Assembly: GCA_023439305.1 (NCBI GenBank)
Contig: JAEXOO010000042.1
Location: 43,321 to 107,320 of the forward strand
Direction of reading: 5' to 3'
Origin: Pseudomonadota bacterium
GTDB taxonomy: Bacteria > Pseudomonadota > Gammaproteobacteria > Burkholderiales > Burkholderiaceae_B
Length of the DNA stretch: 64,000 nt
Positions 28,654 through 38,869 of the stretch are shown piece by piece. The notes under the pieces are model-generated. The model had not been told where the DNA came from and did no database searches. It saw only the letters and a list, made by a program, of their open reading frames with translations. A program made the translations under genes and the position numbers. Each line of letters starts with the position of its first letter. The stretch's first letter is position 1.

Positions 28654-29028
28654 TTACTCGGCCACGGCCTCGTAACCAGGGCCGTCCAGCAAAGCATTCA
28701 GGTCGGCGGGATTGTCGGCCTTGAGCTTGAAGATCCAGGTGTCGAACGCGGCGTCATTGACCAAGTTAGGCGCATCCGCCAGGGCCTCGTTGAATGCGAC
28801 TACTTCGCCCGCCACAGGAGCATAGATATCCGAGGCGGCCTTGACCGACTCCACCACACCGGCAGTTTCCCCGGCAGCCAGGCGCGTGCCGGGCGTGAAC
28901 TCGCCGACAAACACCAGATCGCCCAATTGATCCTGGGCGAAATCCGTGATGCCGACCAGCACCACATCACCTTCGGTCTTGGCCCACTCGTGGGTGGCCA
29001 CATATTTTCTGTCGTCAGGTAGCTGCAT
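28654..29028 (-). CDS. gcvH: Glycine cleavage system H protein (lipoyl carrier)
   Basis: 124 aa. Motifs YVATHEWAK, GITDFAQDQLGD and ESVKAASD (lipoyl-Lys motif) are present. Confidence 0.9.
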   Translation of the reverse strand: MQLPDDRKYVATHEWAKTEGDVVLVGITDFAQDQLGDLVFVGEFTPGTRLAAGETAGVVESVKAASDIYAPVAGEVVAFNEALADAPNLVNDAAFDTWIFKLKADNPADLNALLDGPGYEAVAE

Positions 29029-29099
29029 ATGCCCCTCTCAAAAACAAATAAGCAAAGATCCTGGTGCCGGCCCTGATTCAGGCCGAGCGCATCCCTGCA

Positions 29100-30332
29100 C
29101 TATAAACCGCGCGCCGGATCGGCGCTGAGCGAACGCGCGCATGCCGCCGCCGATGCCCAGGCCCACTGGAAGTTATAGCCGCCCAGCCAGCCGGTGACAT
29201 CCACCGCTTCCCCAATGAAGAACAGGCCCGGCACCTTGCGGGCCTCCATGCTCTTCTGATTGAGTTCGCGCGTGTCCACCCCGCCGCTCATGACTTCGGC
29301 CTTCTTATAACCGGCCGTGCCGCTGGGCTTGAGCTGCCAGTCGTTGATGACCTGCCCCACCGTGCGCAGCACGCGGTCAGGCAAATCCGCCAGGCGCTGC
29401 TGCCCCACGCCCTTGGGCAGGAGATCAGACGTATCCAGCCATTGCTCCACCAGGCGCCGCGGCCACAAGGTCGAAAGCACGGTCACCAACAGTTGGCGAT
29501 TACCAGGCTTGAGATCCAGCAATTGCTGGCCGATATCCTGTCCTGGCGCCAAGTCGATGCTGATGCCCTCGCCCGACTTCCAATAGCTGGAGATCTGCAG
29601 AATGCCCGGCCCCGACAGGCCGCGATGCGTGAACAGCAGATCTTCCAGAAAGGTCTGGCGCTGCTTGCCGGCGCCGGTGCCGACCTCGACCTCCAGCGCC
29701 ATGCCGCTGAGGGACGAGAACGGCTTCCAGTCGCGCCCGTCGAAGGTCAAAGGCACCAGGGCGGGATGCGGCTCGACGACTTTCAGGCCGAAATGGCGCG
29801 CCACGCGCAACGCGTAGTCCGTGGAGCCCAACTGGGGAATCGCCATGCCGCCGGTGGCAATGACTACCTGCCGGGCCTCCAACTCGCCGTGGCTGGTGTG
29901 CAGCACGAAGCCGGCGTCACTGCGGCCGATGGACTGCACCGAGCAAGGCATGCGCCAGGACACCTGCCCTTTCAGGCACTCCTGACGCAGCATCTGGATA
30001 ATCGATTCGCTGGAGTCGTCACAGAACAGCTGGCCTTTGTGCTTCTCGTGAAAGCCAATATTGTAGGATCGCACCAGCTCCAGAAAATCCCGAGGCGTGT
30101 AGGCCGCCAGGGCAGAACGGCAGAAATGCGGGTTCTGCGAAATGAAGTTTTCCGGGGATGTGCCCGTGTTGGTGAAATTGCAGCGCCCGCCACCGGAAAT
30201 ACGGATTTTCTCGGCCAGTTTTTCCGCGTGGTCGATCAGTACGACCCGCAGGCCTCGCTGGCCGGCAATACTGGCGGCCAGCATGCCGGCCGCCCCTGCG
30301 CCGATAACGGCGACGTCAAAAAAAGGTATCAC
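29100..30332 (-). CDS. BaiN/RdsA (HI0933/YhiN) family FAD-dependent oxidoreductase
   Basis: 410 aa. Motifs VIGAGAAGMLAA, ISGGGRCNFTN and GGYNFQWAWASG-like C-terminus are present. Confidence 0.85.
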   Translation of the reverse strand: MIPFFDVAVIGAGAAGMLAASIAGQRGLRVVLIDHAEKLAEKIRISGGGRCNFTNTGTSPENFISQNPHFCRSALAAYTPRDFLELVRSYNIGFHEKHKGQLFCDDSSESIIQMLRQECLKGQVSWRMPCSVQSIGRSDAGFVLHTSHGELEARQVVIATGGMAIPQLGSTDYALRVARHFGLKVVEPHPALVPLTFDGRDWKPFSSLSGMALEVEVGTGAGKQRQTFLEDLLFTHRGLSGPGILQISSYWKSGEGISIDLAPGQDIGQQLLDLKPGNRQLLVTVLSTLWPRRLVEQWLDTSDLLPKGVGQQRLADLPDRVLRTVGQVINDWQLKPSGTAGYKKAEVMSGGVDTRELNQKSMEARKVPGLFFIGEAVDVTGWLGGYNFQWAWASAAACARSLSADPARGL

Positions 30333-30338
30333 GCTGAT

Positions 30339-32612
30339 TTACTCGCTGGCCTCGGATTCACGCACGCAATCGACGTAATAACGGGGCAGACCGTCCGGGC
30401 CGATGTCTTGGGCCAGGCCGTGCACATAGGTTTCAAAGCCGGGGAAACGGGCATTGAATTCGCGGGCGAACTGCAGATATTCCACGATGCGCGAATTGAA
30501 GCGCTCGCCGGGAATCAACAGCGGGATGCCAGGCGGATAAGGCGTAAGCAGCACGCCGGTGACGCGACCTTCCAGTTCGTCGATACCGACGCGTTCGATT
30601 TCGCGGTGTGCCATCTTGGCATAAGCGTCGGACGGCTTCATGGCCGGCACCATGTCGCTCAGGTAGACCTCGGTCGTCAGGCGAGCCAGATCGTACTTGT
30701 GATAGGCCTCGTGGATCTGTTGGCACAGGTCGCGCAAGCCCATGCGCTCGTACGTTGGCTGCGCCTTGCAGAAATCCGGCAAAATGCGCCACATGGGCTG
30801 ATTGCGGTCGTAGTCGTCCTTGAACTGCTGCAACGCCGTCAGCAATGTGTTCCAACGGCCCTTAGTGATGCCGATGGTAAACAGGATGAAGAAAGAATAC
30901 AGACCAGTTTTCTCGACCACCACACCATGTTCGGCCAGATACTTGGACACCAGGGCGGCGGGAATGCCGTGCTCCGCAAACGTGCCGGAGATATCCAGAC
31001 CGGGGGTGATCACGGTGGCCTTGACCGGGTCCAGCATATTGAAGCCGGCCGGCAGCTTGCCGAAACCATGCCATTCGGCACCCGAGCGCAGGATCCAGTC
31101 GTCGCGATCGCCTATGCCTTCTTCAGGCAGGCGGTCCGGCCCCCAGACCTTAAACCACCAATCGCTCTCGCCGTATTCACTGGATACCTTGCGCATGGCG
31201 CGGCGAAAGTCCATGGCCTCACGGATGCTTTCCTCGACCAGCGCCGTGCCTCCGGGTGGCTCCATCATGGCAGCGGCCACATCGCAGGACGCAATAATGG
31301 CGTACTGCGGGCTGGTGCTGGTGTGCATCAGGTAGGCTTCGTTGAAGACGTTGCGATCCAACTGACGGCTTTCCGCATCCTGCACCGTGATCTGGGAGGC
31401 CTGGGACAGGCCCGCCAGCATCTTGTGTGTGGAATGCGTGGCGTAGATCATGGTGTCCTTGCTGCGCGGACGATCAGCGCCGATGGCGTGCATGTCGTGG
31501 TAGAAATCATGGAAAGCCGCGTGCGGCAGCCAGGCTTCGTCGAAATGCAGGGTGTCGATTTCCGAGTCCAGCGTGTCCTTGATCATCTCGACGTTGTAGA
31601 TGACCCCATCGTAGGTCGACTGGGTCAGCGTCAGGATGCGCGGCTTCTTGTTCTTGGCATTGCGCGCGAACGGATTGGCCTCGATCTTGCGGCGGATGTT
31701 GTCGGGGTGGAACTCATCCTGCGGAATGGGGCCGATAATGCCCAGGTGATTGCGCGTGGGGCGCAGGAACACCGGAATGGCGCCCGTCATGGTGATGGCG
31801 TGCAGAATGGACTTGTGACAGTTGCGGTCCACCACCACCACGTCGTCGTTGGCCACATTGGCATGCCAGACGATCTTGTTGGACGTAGATGTGCCGTTGG
31901 TGACGAAGAAGCAGTGATCCGCATGGAAAATACGGGCGGCGTTGCGCTCGGCCTCGGCCACCGGGCCGGTGTGGTCCAGCAGTTGGCCCAGTTCGTCGAC
32001 GGCGTTGCAGACGTCGGCGCGCAGCATGTTTTCGCCAAAGAACTGGTGGAACATCTGGCCCACCGGACTTTTCAGGAAGGCCACGCCGCCCGAATGCCCG
32101 GGACAGTGCCAGGAATACGACCCGTCCGAGGCGTAGTCCACCAACTCGCGGAAAAACGGCGGCGCCAAGCCGTCCAGGTAGGCGCGCGCCTCGCGGATGA
32201 TGTGTCGGGCCACGAACTCGGGCGTGTCCTCGAACATGTGGATGAAGCCATGCAGCTCGCGCAGAATATCGTTGGGGATATGCTGCGAGGTACGCGTTTC
32301 CCCGTACAGGTAGATGGGGATGTCCTCGTTGCGGAATCGCAGCTCGCCGATGAAAGAGCGCAGGTTCTTGATGGCGTAGGCGACATCCTCCGGGTCGTCC
32401 ACGTCGAATTCCTCATCGTCGATCGACAGGATGAAGGCGCTCGCGCGGCTTTGCTGCTGCGCAAAAGAACTAAGGTCACCATAACTGGTGACCCCGAGAA
32501 CCTCAACGCCTTCGGCCTCTATCGCGGAGGCCAGGGCTCGGATGCCCAGGCCTGACGCGTTTTCGGAGCGGTAGTCTTCGTCGATGATGACGATGGGAAA
32601 ACGAAACTTCAT
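30339..32612 (-). CDS. Orn/Lys/Arg decarboxylase, large fold-I PLP enzyme (LdcC/SpeC/AdiA family)
   Basis: 757 aa from ATG 32612 (MKFRFPIVIIDEDY, a wing domain). PLP site is ATHSTHKMLAGLSQAS. The track ORF start at 32738 lies inside dcd and is rejected. Confidence 0.9.
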   Translation of the reverse strand: MKFRFPIVIIDEDYRSENASGLGIRALASAIEAEGVEVLGVTSYGDLSSFAQQQSRASAFILSIDDEEFDVDDPEDVAYAIKNLRSFIGELRFRNEDIPIYLYGETRTSQHIPNDILRELHGFIHMFEDTPEFVARHIIREARAYLDGLAPPFFRELVDYASDGSYSWHCPGHSGGVAFLKSPVGQMFHQFFGENMLRADVCNAVDELGQLLDHTGPVAEAERNAARIFHADHCFFVTNGTSTSNKIVWHANVANDDVVVVDRNCHKSILHAITMTGAIPVFLRPTRNHLGIIGPIPQDEFHPDNIRRKIEANPFARNAKNKKPRILTLTQSTYDGVIYNVEMIKDTLDSEIDTLHFDEAWLPHAAFHDFYHDMHAIGADRPRSKDTMIYATHSTHKMLAGLSQASQITVQDAESRQLDRNVFNEAYLMHTSTSPQYAIIASCDVAAAMMEPPGGTALVEESIREAMDFRRAMRKVSSEYGESDWWFKVWGPDRLPEEGIGDRDDWILRSGAEWHGFGKLPAGFNMLDPVKATVITPGLDISGTFAEHGIPAALVSKYLAEHGVVVEKTGLYSFFILFTIGITKGRWNTLLTALQQFKDDYDRNQPMWRILPDFCKAQPTYERMGLRDLCQQIHEAYHKYDLARLTTEVYLSDMVPAMKPSDAYAKMAHREIERVGIDELEGRVTGVLLTPYPPGIPLLIPGERFNSRIVEYLQFAREFNARFPGFETYVHGLAQDIGPDGLPRYYVDCVRESEASE

Positions 32613-32622
32613 TCCAGAACTC

Positions 32623-33186
32623 CTAGGTACGGGGCAAGGTGACGCCCAGTTGACCCTGATATTTGCCGCCGCGGTCGCGGTACGACACTTCGCAGACTTC
32701 GTCGCTTTCGAAGAACAGCATCTGCGCGCATCCTTCACCGGCGTAGATCTTGGCCGGCAGCGGCGTGGTGTTGGAAAACTCCAGCGTCACATGGCCTTCC
32801 CATTCGGGTTCCAGGGGCGTGACGTTGACGATAATGCCGCAGCGCGCATACGTACTTTTGCCCAGGCACATGGTCAGAACGCTGCGCGGAATACGGAAGT
32901 ATTCAACCGTGCGGGCCAGCGCGAACGAGTTGGGCGGGATAATGCAGACATCGCCCTCGAAATCGACAAAGGACTTCTCGTCAAAGGCCTTGGGATCCAC
33001 GATGGTCGAATTGATATTGGTGAAAATCTTGAATTCGTTGGCGCAACGCACATCGTAGCCATAGCTGCTGGTGCCATAGCTGACGATACGCTGTCCGTTC
33101 ACGCTGCGCACCTGGCCGGCCTCGAAGGGTTCAATCATGCCTTCGGCAGCAGCCCGCCGAATCCAACGGTCGCTTTTGATACTCAT
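32623..33186 (-). CDS. dcd: dCTP deaminase
   Basis: 187 aa. Motifs [17 protein letters not shown] and [14 protein letters not shown] are present. Confidence 0.95.
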   Translation of the reverse strand: MSIKSDRWIRRAAAEGMIEPFEAGQVRSVNGQRIVSYGTSSYGYDVRCANEFKIFTNINSTIVDPKAFDEKSFVDFEGDVCIIPPNSFALARTVEYFRIPRSVLTMCLGKSTYARCGIIVNVTPLEPEWEGHVTLEFSNTTPLPAKIYAGEGCAQMLFFESDEVCEVSYRDRGGKYQGQLGVTLPRT

Positions 33187-33314
33187 AGGAAATTAGCCGC
33201 CTTAAATCAGTAACCGGGTATTTTATCGTTTACAGACTACCGTGATTCACACGACGCGCAAAAACGACATTCATGCGCGCAGCGCGCCCGTTTCCCGGCG
33301 GGCGCGCCTTCCGT

Positions 33315-36300
33315 TCAATCCTGGGAGAACCAGCGGTAGATGAGGGCCAGGCCATTGACCGTGCCAGCGCTCAGTTCTGCGGTCAGCCCGCGCGCCAGTT
33401 TATAACTGGCGCGGCCTACTGTGCCGGTATCCGCCATGGCCTGCTGCAGACTGATCGTGATGTCCGCCGACAAGGCCTTGGAAATCGCGATGAACTTGCG
33501 TTCTTCGTCGCTGGTGCCGCTGTTCAGGGATTTGACCACACTTTCCACCGGCAGGATGCTGCCGGGACTGCCCAGGTCGCCGGAACGCATCGCTATTTCG
33601 TCAATGCCGAACTTGCGATAGAAAGGTTCGCCGTCGCCCAGGAAAGACGTGCCCACGCTCAGCAGCAAGGCAATATCGCCGCCCGAGTCGTCAGGACCGT
33701 GGCCCAGCAACAGCCAGGACAGTTTTTCGACTTCGCTGACCTCCGGATAGGAGACCAGATCAATGCGCGGCCGGCGCGCCGTCCCCGCGACCTTGACACC
33801 CGCCTGCACAGCCTGGTTGGTGCGCAGGGCCTCTATATCCAGAATAGGCGCGGTAATATCGCCCTGAAACGTCACCGTGCCCCGCCTGAGCAAGAGCTTC
33901 TGACCGTAGAGTTCGATGCGCCCGCCGCGCGTGCGCAACGCACCTATACCCGTCAGCTTGCCGCCTATCATCGTAATTTTCAGATTACCCACCAGGCCCG
34001 AGTTCACGCCGTAGCCGGTCAGGTAGAAGCGCGGTCCCAGGTCCACGTCGATTTCCATCGACATGTCCATGGTGCCTTCCACTTCTTCTTCCTGCAGCGT
34101 CTGTCCAGCGCGCAGCACCACAACATCACTGTCCACCGTGGGAATGCCGCCCAGCATGTCCAGGTTGAACCAGCCCGCGTCCGCCACCACCTTGCCGCGG
34201 ATGGCGATCCGCGGCAGATTCATGTCCAGATCCAGGCGGCCCGACATCATGGCGTAACGGTCGGCGCGCTGCAAAATCGGGAATCGGAAAATATCCACGC
34301 CAAAAGCGCCTTGTTGACTGGACAGATCCCATTGCCCCGACACCGTCAACTTGCCACCCTTGGCGTCCGGGCTTTCCTTAAGCCAGGTCGCGGTACGCCA
34401 CTCCTGGGGTTCGACGCGCAACGTGGCGGGAAAGGTCAGGCTGTCCAAACGGAAGACATCGCCGTCAAAGCGCGCATCCAGGCTGCCGTCCAGCAAGCGT
34501 ATGCCGTCATCCAGGCGCGTGAAGCGCAGGTCGCGGCCGGTGACCGTTCCACGACTGCTCCAGGCCCATTTTGCCCCCACATCGATGTTCACATCGGCAT
34601 TCAGGCGACCACCCAGTTCCATGGCATCGCCCAGGAAAAGGCTGGTCCAACCCAGGTCGTCGATATTGGCCTTGACGTTGATCTTCTTGGCATCGCCGTC
34701 GCGCAAGGCAACTCCGCCGCCCGGCGTGGCATGCACCAGAGTTTCCGCCGTAGCGGTCAGGTAGCCCATGCGCTCGGTGCGCACGTCCAGCGCGGCATCC
34801 AGACGGCTGCGGCCGCCCTGGCCCGGCGTCGCCTTCAGCACCAGACCCATTTCCTTCAACCCCAGAGGGAAAGGAGGCTCGGCCGGCACCTGTATGTCGC
34901 CGCTCACCCGCTGAATGCGGGCCTGCCCGCCCAATGCGCCGGCAAAGCTCAAGTTCCAGTCGGCCTTGACCTCGATCTCGTCAGGGCGCGTGTTCTTGCT
35001 CGCCGCAATCTTCACGCCACCTTTTTTTTCCTCCGCCTGATCTTCAATCCCCAGCTTGCGCATCAGGCGCTGAATACGAGGCTGAGAAAGCACCAGATCC
35101 GTCAGTTCACCCTGACTGGCCCATTGTCCGGCCTGATAACGGGATTCCTTATGGCGCAAGGCTACCCAGGCCTGGCCGTCCATAGTGGTGGCCAAGGTCG
35201 TTGCGCCGATCTTCACAGACCACGGCGTAGCGCCGGGCTGCGGCGCAAGGGGGTTGACCACCGCCGGCGACGCATCAGCCACGCGATCTGCAGCGGCAGA
35301 AGGCGCGATGGGCGCCGAAGCACCGGTTGCGCCTTGCTCTTGCGCCAGCTCCTGCACCCGTTCCTGCTCGGGAGCGGGAGGGGTCAGCGCGGCCGTGAAC
35401 AGCACAGGCAAGGCAGACTGAAGCTTGACCCCCAGACCGGCATGGCTGGCGTCCAGGCGCATGATACGACCATCCCAATTTGCGGCTTTGCCTTGGGCGG
35501 CGAAGTTCCAGTTGCCGGCCAGAGCCAGATCAGCCTGCGCCACACCCTGTCCCAGCAGGTCGCGCCGGTCTCCGCCCAGATCGTACTGGCCCTTGAGCTC
35601 CAACGCATGGCTGGCGACCGAGCCTTTCAACTTGCCTTCGGCCAAGGCCTTGCCCAACTCCAGGCCCGGCCACAGCTGTTCCGCGCGCGGCATCTGCACC
35701 TGCAGATCCAAGACGCTGTCGGGCGCGCCGAAACTGCCTTTCAGGGCAAGCCGGTTATCGCCGATCTTCAGGTCGGTCAGGGCATCGGACACGGTGACGC
35801 TGCGCCACCAATCCGCACTCCCCGGCTGGGCAGGAGACAGCACATGGGCCTTGACCTGCCCCTGCGCCGCCTGCTTGTTCCAGCGGCTGCCCTGCAGCAA
35901 TTGCACATCCACGTCAGCCGTCACAAGCTGGGCCTTGTCCACCAAGGTGACATCAAAACGGCCGTGGCCATTGATCAGCGCATCCGGCACCACATCGCCC
36001 AGCAGCGCATGCAGATCCAGCTTGTCGCTCTGGAACGAACCCGTGAAGCGGTCCTTGACGTGGCCCCCTTCCTGCTGGGCATCCCAGGTAAATCCGGCAT
36101 CCACCTTGGACTGGTCCGGCAACTGCAGCGCCAAGGTCGCCTGGCGCACAGGCACCGCGGCCAAAGGAGTCAGATCCGCCTTGGCATCCAGGCTGTAGCC
36201 TTGACCGCTGCCTTGCAGGGTCAGGGCTGCCTGATCCAGGGATCCGTCCAGCTTCAATTGCGCATTGATGACGCAATCGGGCAGCGGCTCGGGCTCCGGC

Positions 36301-37088
36301 ACAGCCACGGGATCGGTGATGCGCTCTTCTGCGCTCGCGGCCGGCGTATCCGGTGCGGCAGCCCGAGCATGGGGCTTAGCGAGCGCCGCCTTGGGCGCGT
36401 AGCCCGGCAAATACTGCCGGGCGCAGATGGGGGATTCGGGCGTCAGGCCACGCGCAATGATCTGCACATCGGCCCGAGCGGGAAACGGCGCCTCAAAGCG
36501 CTCCAGATCCAGTTCGCCTTGCAGGCCGGCGCGCATGAACTCGTTGGCCAGCATCAAGTCGTACAGGCGCAACTGCCCACCCTCGTTGCCCACCGACAGC
36601 GCGGCCGACAGATCGGCAATGGCCAGCGGCAAGGGCGCGCCGTCCTGGGTCAGCGTGAATTGCCCCACGGCCAGTTTATCCAACGCGATGTGCACTGGCA
36701 GCTCGGGCATCTGAAAAGGCTCCGAGGGCTTGACCTCAGTCGATGTCGTCAAAGCCACATCCACCTTGTGCGCGCTCAGCTCCACCACATGCAGACGCCG
36801 CTCCAGCAATTCCTTCCAGCGGGCCTGCAGATGCAGGCGCTCGATATCCACATGCGTATCGGGGAGATCCAGCACCAGTCGATCGACAGTCAAGCCATGC
36901 CAGACCGAGCCGCGCACGCCTTCGGCGCTGCCGTTGGCATAAGGCAAGGCGGTGCGCACGGCCCAGCGCGTGCCCGCCTCGCTGGCCAGCACCCAATACA
37001 CGAAGCCGCAAATCAACAGCAAGGCCGTGACCACAAAGGGTATGCCCCACAAGGCGAAACGACGGAACCAACGCCGTAGAAAAGCCAT
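33315..37088 (-). CDS. tamB: Translocation and assembly module protein TamB (DUF490)
   Basis: 1257 aa. N-terminal anchor, long beta-rich repetitive body, and a C-terminal DUF490-like region. Overlaps the tamA stop by 1 nt. Confidence 0.85.
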   Translation of the reverse strand: MAFLRRWFRRFALWGIPFVVTALLLICGFVYWVLASEAGTRWAVRTALPYANGSAEGVRGSVWHGLTVDRLVLDLPDTHVDIERLHLQARWKELLERRLHVVELSAHKVDVALTTSTEVKPSEPFQMPELPVHIALDKLAVGQFTLTQDGAPLPLAIADLSAALSVGNEGGQLRLYDLMLANEFMRAGLQGELDLERFEAPFPARADVQIIARGLTPESPICARQYLPGYAPKAALAKPHARAAAPDTPAASAEERITDPVAVPEPEPLPDCVINAQLKLDGSLDQAALTLQGSGQGYSLDAKADLTPLAAVPVRQATLALQLPDQSKVDAGFTWDAQQEGGHVKDRFTGSFQSDKLDLHALLGDVVPDALINGHGRFDVTLVDKAQLVTADVDVQLLQGSRWNKQAAQGQVKAHVLSPAQPGSADWWRSVTVSDALTDLKIGDNRLALKGSFGAPDSVLDLQVQMPRAEQLWPGLELGKALAEGKLKGSVASHALELKGQYDLGGDRRDLLGQGVAQADLALAGNWNFAAQGKAANWDGRIMRLDASHAGLGVKLQSALPVLFTAALTPPAPEQERVQELAQEQGATGASAPIAPSAAADRVADASPAVVNPLAPQPGATPWSVKIGATTLATTMDGQAWVALRHKESRYQAGQWASQGELTDLVLSQPRIQRLMRKLGIEDQAEEKKGGVKIAASKNTRPDEIEVKADWNLSFAGALGGQARIQRVSGDIQVPAEPPFPLGLKEMGLVLKATPGQGGRSRLDAALDVRTERMGYLTATAETLVHATPGGGVALRDGDAKKINVKANIDDLGWTSLFLGDAMELGGRLNADVNIDVGAKWAWSSRGTVTGRDLRFTRLDDGIRLLDGSLDARFDGDVFRLDSLTFPATLRVEPQEWRTATWLKESPDAKGGKLTVSGQWDLSSQQGAFGVDIFRFPILQRADRYAMMSGRLDLDMNLPRIAIRGKVVADAGWFNLDMLGGIPTVDSDVVVLRAGQTLQEEEVEGTMDMSMEIDVDLGPRFYLTGYGVNSGLVGNLKITMIGGKLTGIGALRTRGGRIELYGQKLLLRRGTVTFQGDITAPILDIEALRTNQAVQAGVKVAGTARRPRIDLVSYPEVSEVEKLSWLLLGHGPDDSGGDIALLLSVGTSFLGDGEPFYRKFGIDEIAMRSGDLGSPGSILPVESVVKSLNSGTSDEERKFIAISKALSADITISLQQAMADTGTVGRASYKLARGLTAELSAGTVNGLALIYRWFSQD

Positions 37089-38863
37089 CAGAATGCGATT
37101 CCCAAAGAAAAGCTCAGGCGCAGGCGCTTGTCACGCTGTCCGTACGCCACATCAATATTGAAAGGACCTGCCGGGGTACGCACCACCGCGCCCAGGCCAT
37201 ATCCCCAGGCCAGCTTCATATCGCTGAAACTGGTGGCGGCGTCGCCCACATCCACAAAGGCGCGCATGCCGTACATGCTGGTGAAGAAGTGCGTGTATTC
37301 CACGCTGGCCACCGCCATGGCGGGCGCTCCGACGACAGCGTCGTTCAGCTGCAAGCCGATGCTCTGGAACTTGTAGCCCCGAATGCTGCGCGCGCCCCCT
37401 GTACGGTAGCCGAAGTCCGGCGGCGTGCGATCGTTCATGCTCCAGACCTTGCCGACCTCGCCCCGGACGGACAAGACGTCCCACTCGCCAATGGGCCACC
37501 ATTGCTGCAAGCGCAGGTTGGCGCGGTAGAAAGGCTCACCCTTGTCCAGGGTGATGCCGGCGCCCAGCCCCAGATCCACCAGATTGCCCTCGCGCGGATC
37601 GTATTTTTTGTCTACATCGCGCCGCAGCCACTGCCAGGTGGCGATGGCCGATGGCACTTCCCGCGTAGGCAGGCCCGTGATTTTTGTCTTGTCCCAGGCG
37701 CCCAGCAAACCCCATTCGGTTTCGTACTCAACCCGGCTCTTGCCCGCCGCCTGGCGCTCCTGGCGCAGCTTCCAGCCTATGGCCGCACGGGCGGTATCCA
37801 GTCCTTCGATGTCGGAACGGTCGTACAGCAAACCCAGGCTGTTCTTGTAGCCGCCACGCGTAGGCGGCAAGTGGATATCGTAGAAGGCGCGCTGGCGCTT
37901 CTTGTCCACGCCCAGGCCCGCTTCGGTCCAGATCGGCAGACCCATTACGATATTCTGGCGGTACAGACCCTCCACTCGCACGCCGTGGTCGCTGTCCACG
38001 CCTAGAGAGCCCGTAAAACGCTTGGCCGGCGCTTCGGTCACGCGCACCAGCACGGGCAGTTCAACCTCGCCGTCGGCACGCACTTTCTGCAAGCTGGACT
38101 CATCATCCAGCGTAACGAAGGCGCCCCGAAAAAAAGAGGTGGAGGCCAGCGACTGCTGCCATTCGTCCAGCATGTCCTGATCGTAAGGGTCGCCCGGTTC
38201 GTACCGCACATAGTGCTCGATCAAGGACTGCGGCACTCGTTTCAAACCCGATGTGACCAATTCGCCCATACGCACACGCGGCCCGCTCTTGACTCTTAAC
38301 GTAAGGTCGGCGACATCCTCGTCGGCCAGAACCAATGCCCGCGTGCTTTCATAGCGGGCGTAATAGAAGTCCTGGCGCTGTACGCTTTCCAACAGATCCG
38401 ATTTGGCCGACGACCACACTTTGTTCAAGAAGGGGTCGCCCCGCTTCAAGGGGAAGTCGGTCTTGATGCCTTCTAAGCGCACACTGAATTCGGGCTGGGT
38501 GATCTGGCCCTTGAAATCCAGATCCACCTCGCGCACACGGGTCAACTCTCCGGGCTCGATAATGATGTCCCAGGTTTCGCCGCCTATGTCCTCGCCCACC
38601 TCAAGTGTCACGACCGAATCAAAATAGCCCTGGGTTTCCAGGGCCGAAACGGTGGCATCGTGCGCCCTGCGGCGCAGACGCGAGACTTCGCCAAGGTCCT
38701 GGTCTTCCGCCAGCCGGGTAATGGCGCTGACCGCGCGCTGGATTTCCTTGAGGGCCTCGGGCGGCACGCCGCCCGGATCAATAATGACTTCGGGCACAGA
38801 AGCCGCCCAAGCCGGTCGGCTCAGGGCCAGCATCACCAGCAGGCAGAGGCCAGGTTTGAACAT
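37088..38863 (-). CDS. tamA: Omp85-family outer-membrane protein TamA
   Basis: Signal peptide MFKPGLCLLVMLALSRPAWA, POTRA-like N-terminal part, and a beta-barrel ending ...SFSLGIAF. ATG at 38863 is used; a GTG at 38869 is the alternative start. Confidence 0.85.
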   Translation of the reverse strand: MFKPGLCLLVMLALSRPAWAASVPEVIIDPGGVPPEALKEIQRAVSAITRLAEDQDLGEVSRLRRRAHDATVSALETQGYFDSVVTLEVGEDIGGETWDIIIEPGELTRVREVDLDFKGQITQPEFSVRLEGIKTDFPLKRGDPFLNKVWSSAKSDLLESVQRQDFYYARYESTRALVLADEDVADLTLRVKSGPRVRMGELVTSGLKRVPQSLIEHYVRYEPGDPYDQDMLDEWQQSLASTSFFRGAFVTLDDESSLQKVRADGEVELPVLVRVTEAPAKRFTGSLGVDSDHGVRVEGLYRQNIVMGLPIWTEAGLGVDKKRQRAFYDIHLPPTRGGYKNSLGLLYDRSDIEGLDTARAAIGWKLRQERQAAGKSRVEYETEWGLLGAWDKTKITGLPTREVPSAIATWQWLRRDVDKKYDPREGNLVDLGLGAGITLDKGEPFYRANLRLQQWWPIGEWDVLSVRGEVGKVWSMNDRTPPDFGYRTGGARSIRGYKFQSIGLQLNDAVVGAPAMAVASVEYTHFFTSMYGMRAFVDVGDAATSFSDMKLAWGYGLGAVVRTPAGPFNIDVAYGQRDKRLRLSFSLGIAF

Positions 38864-38869
38864 AGGCAC

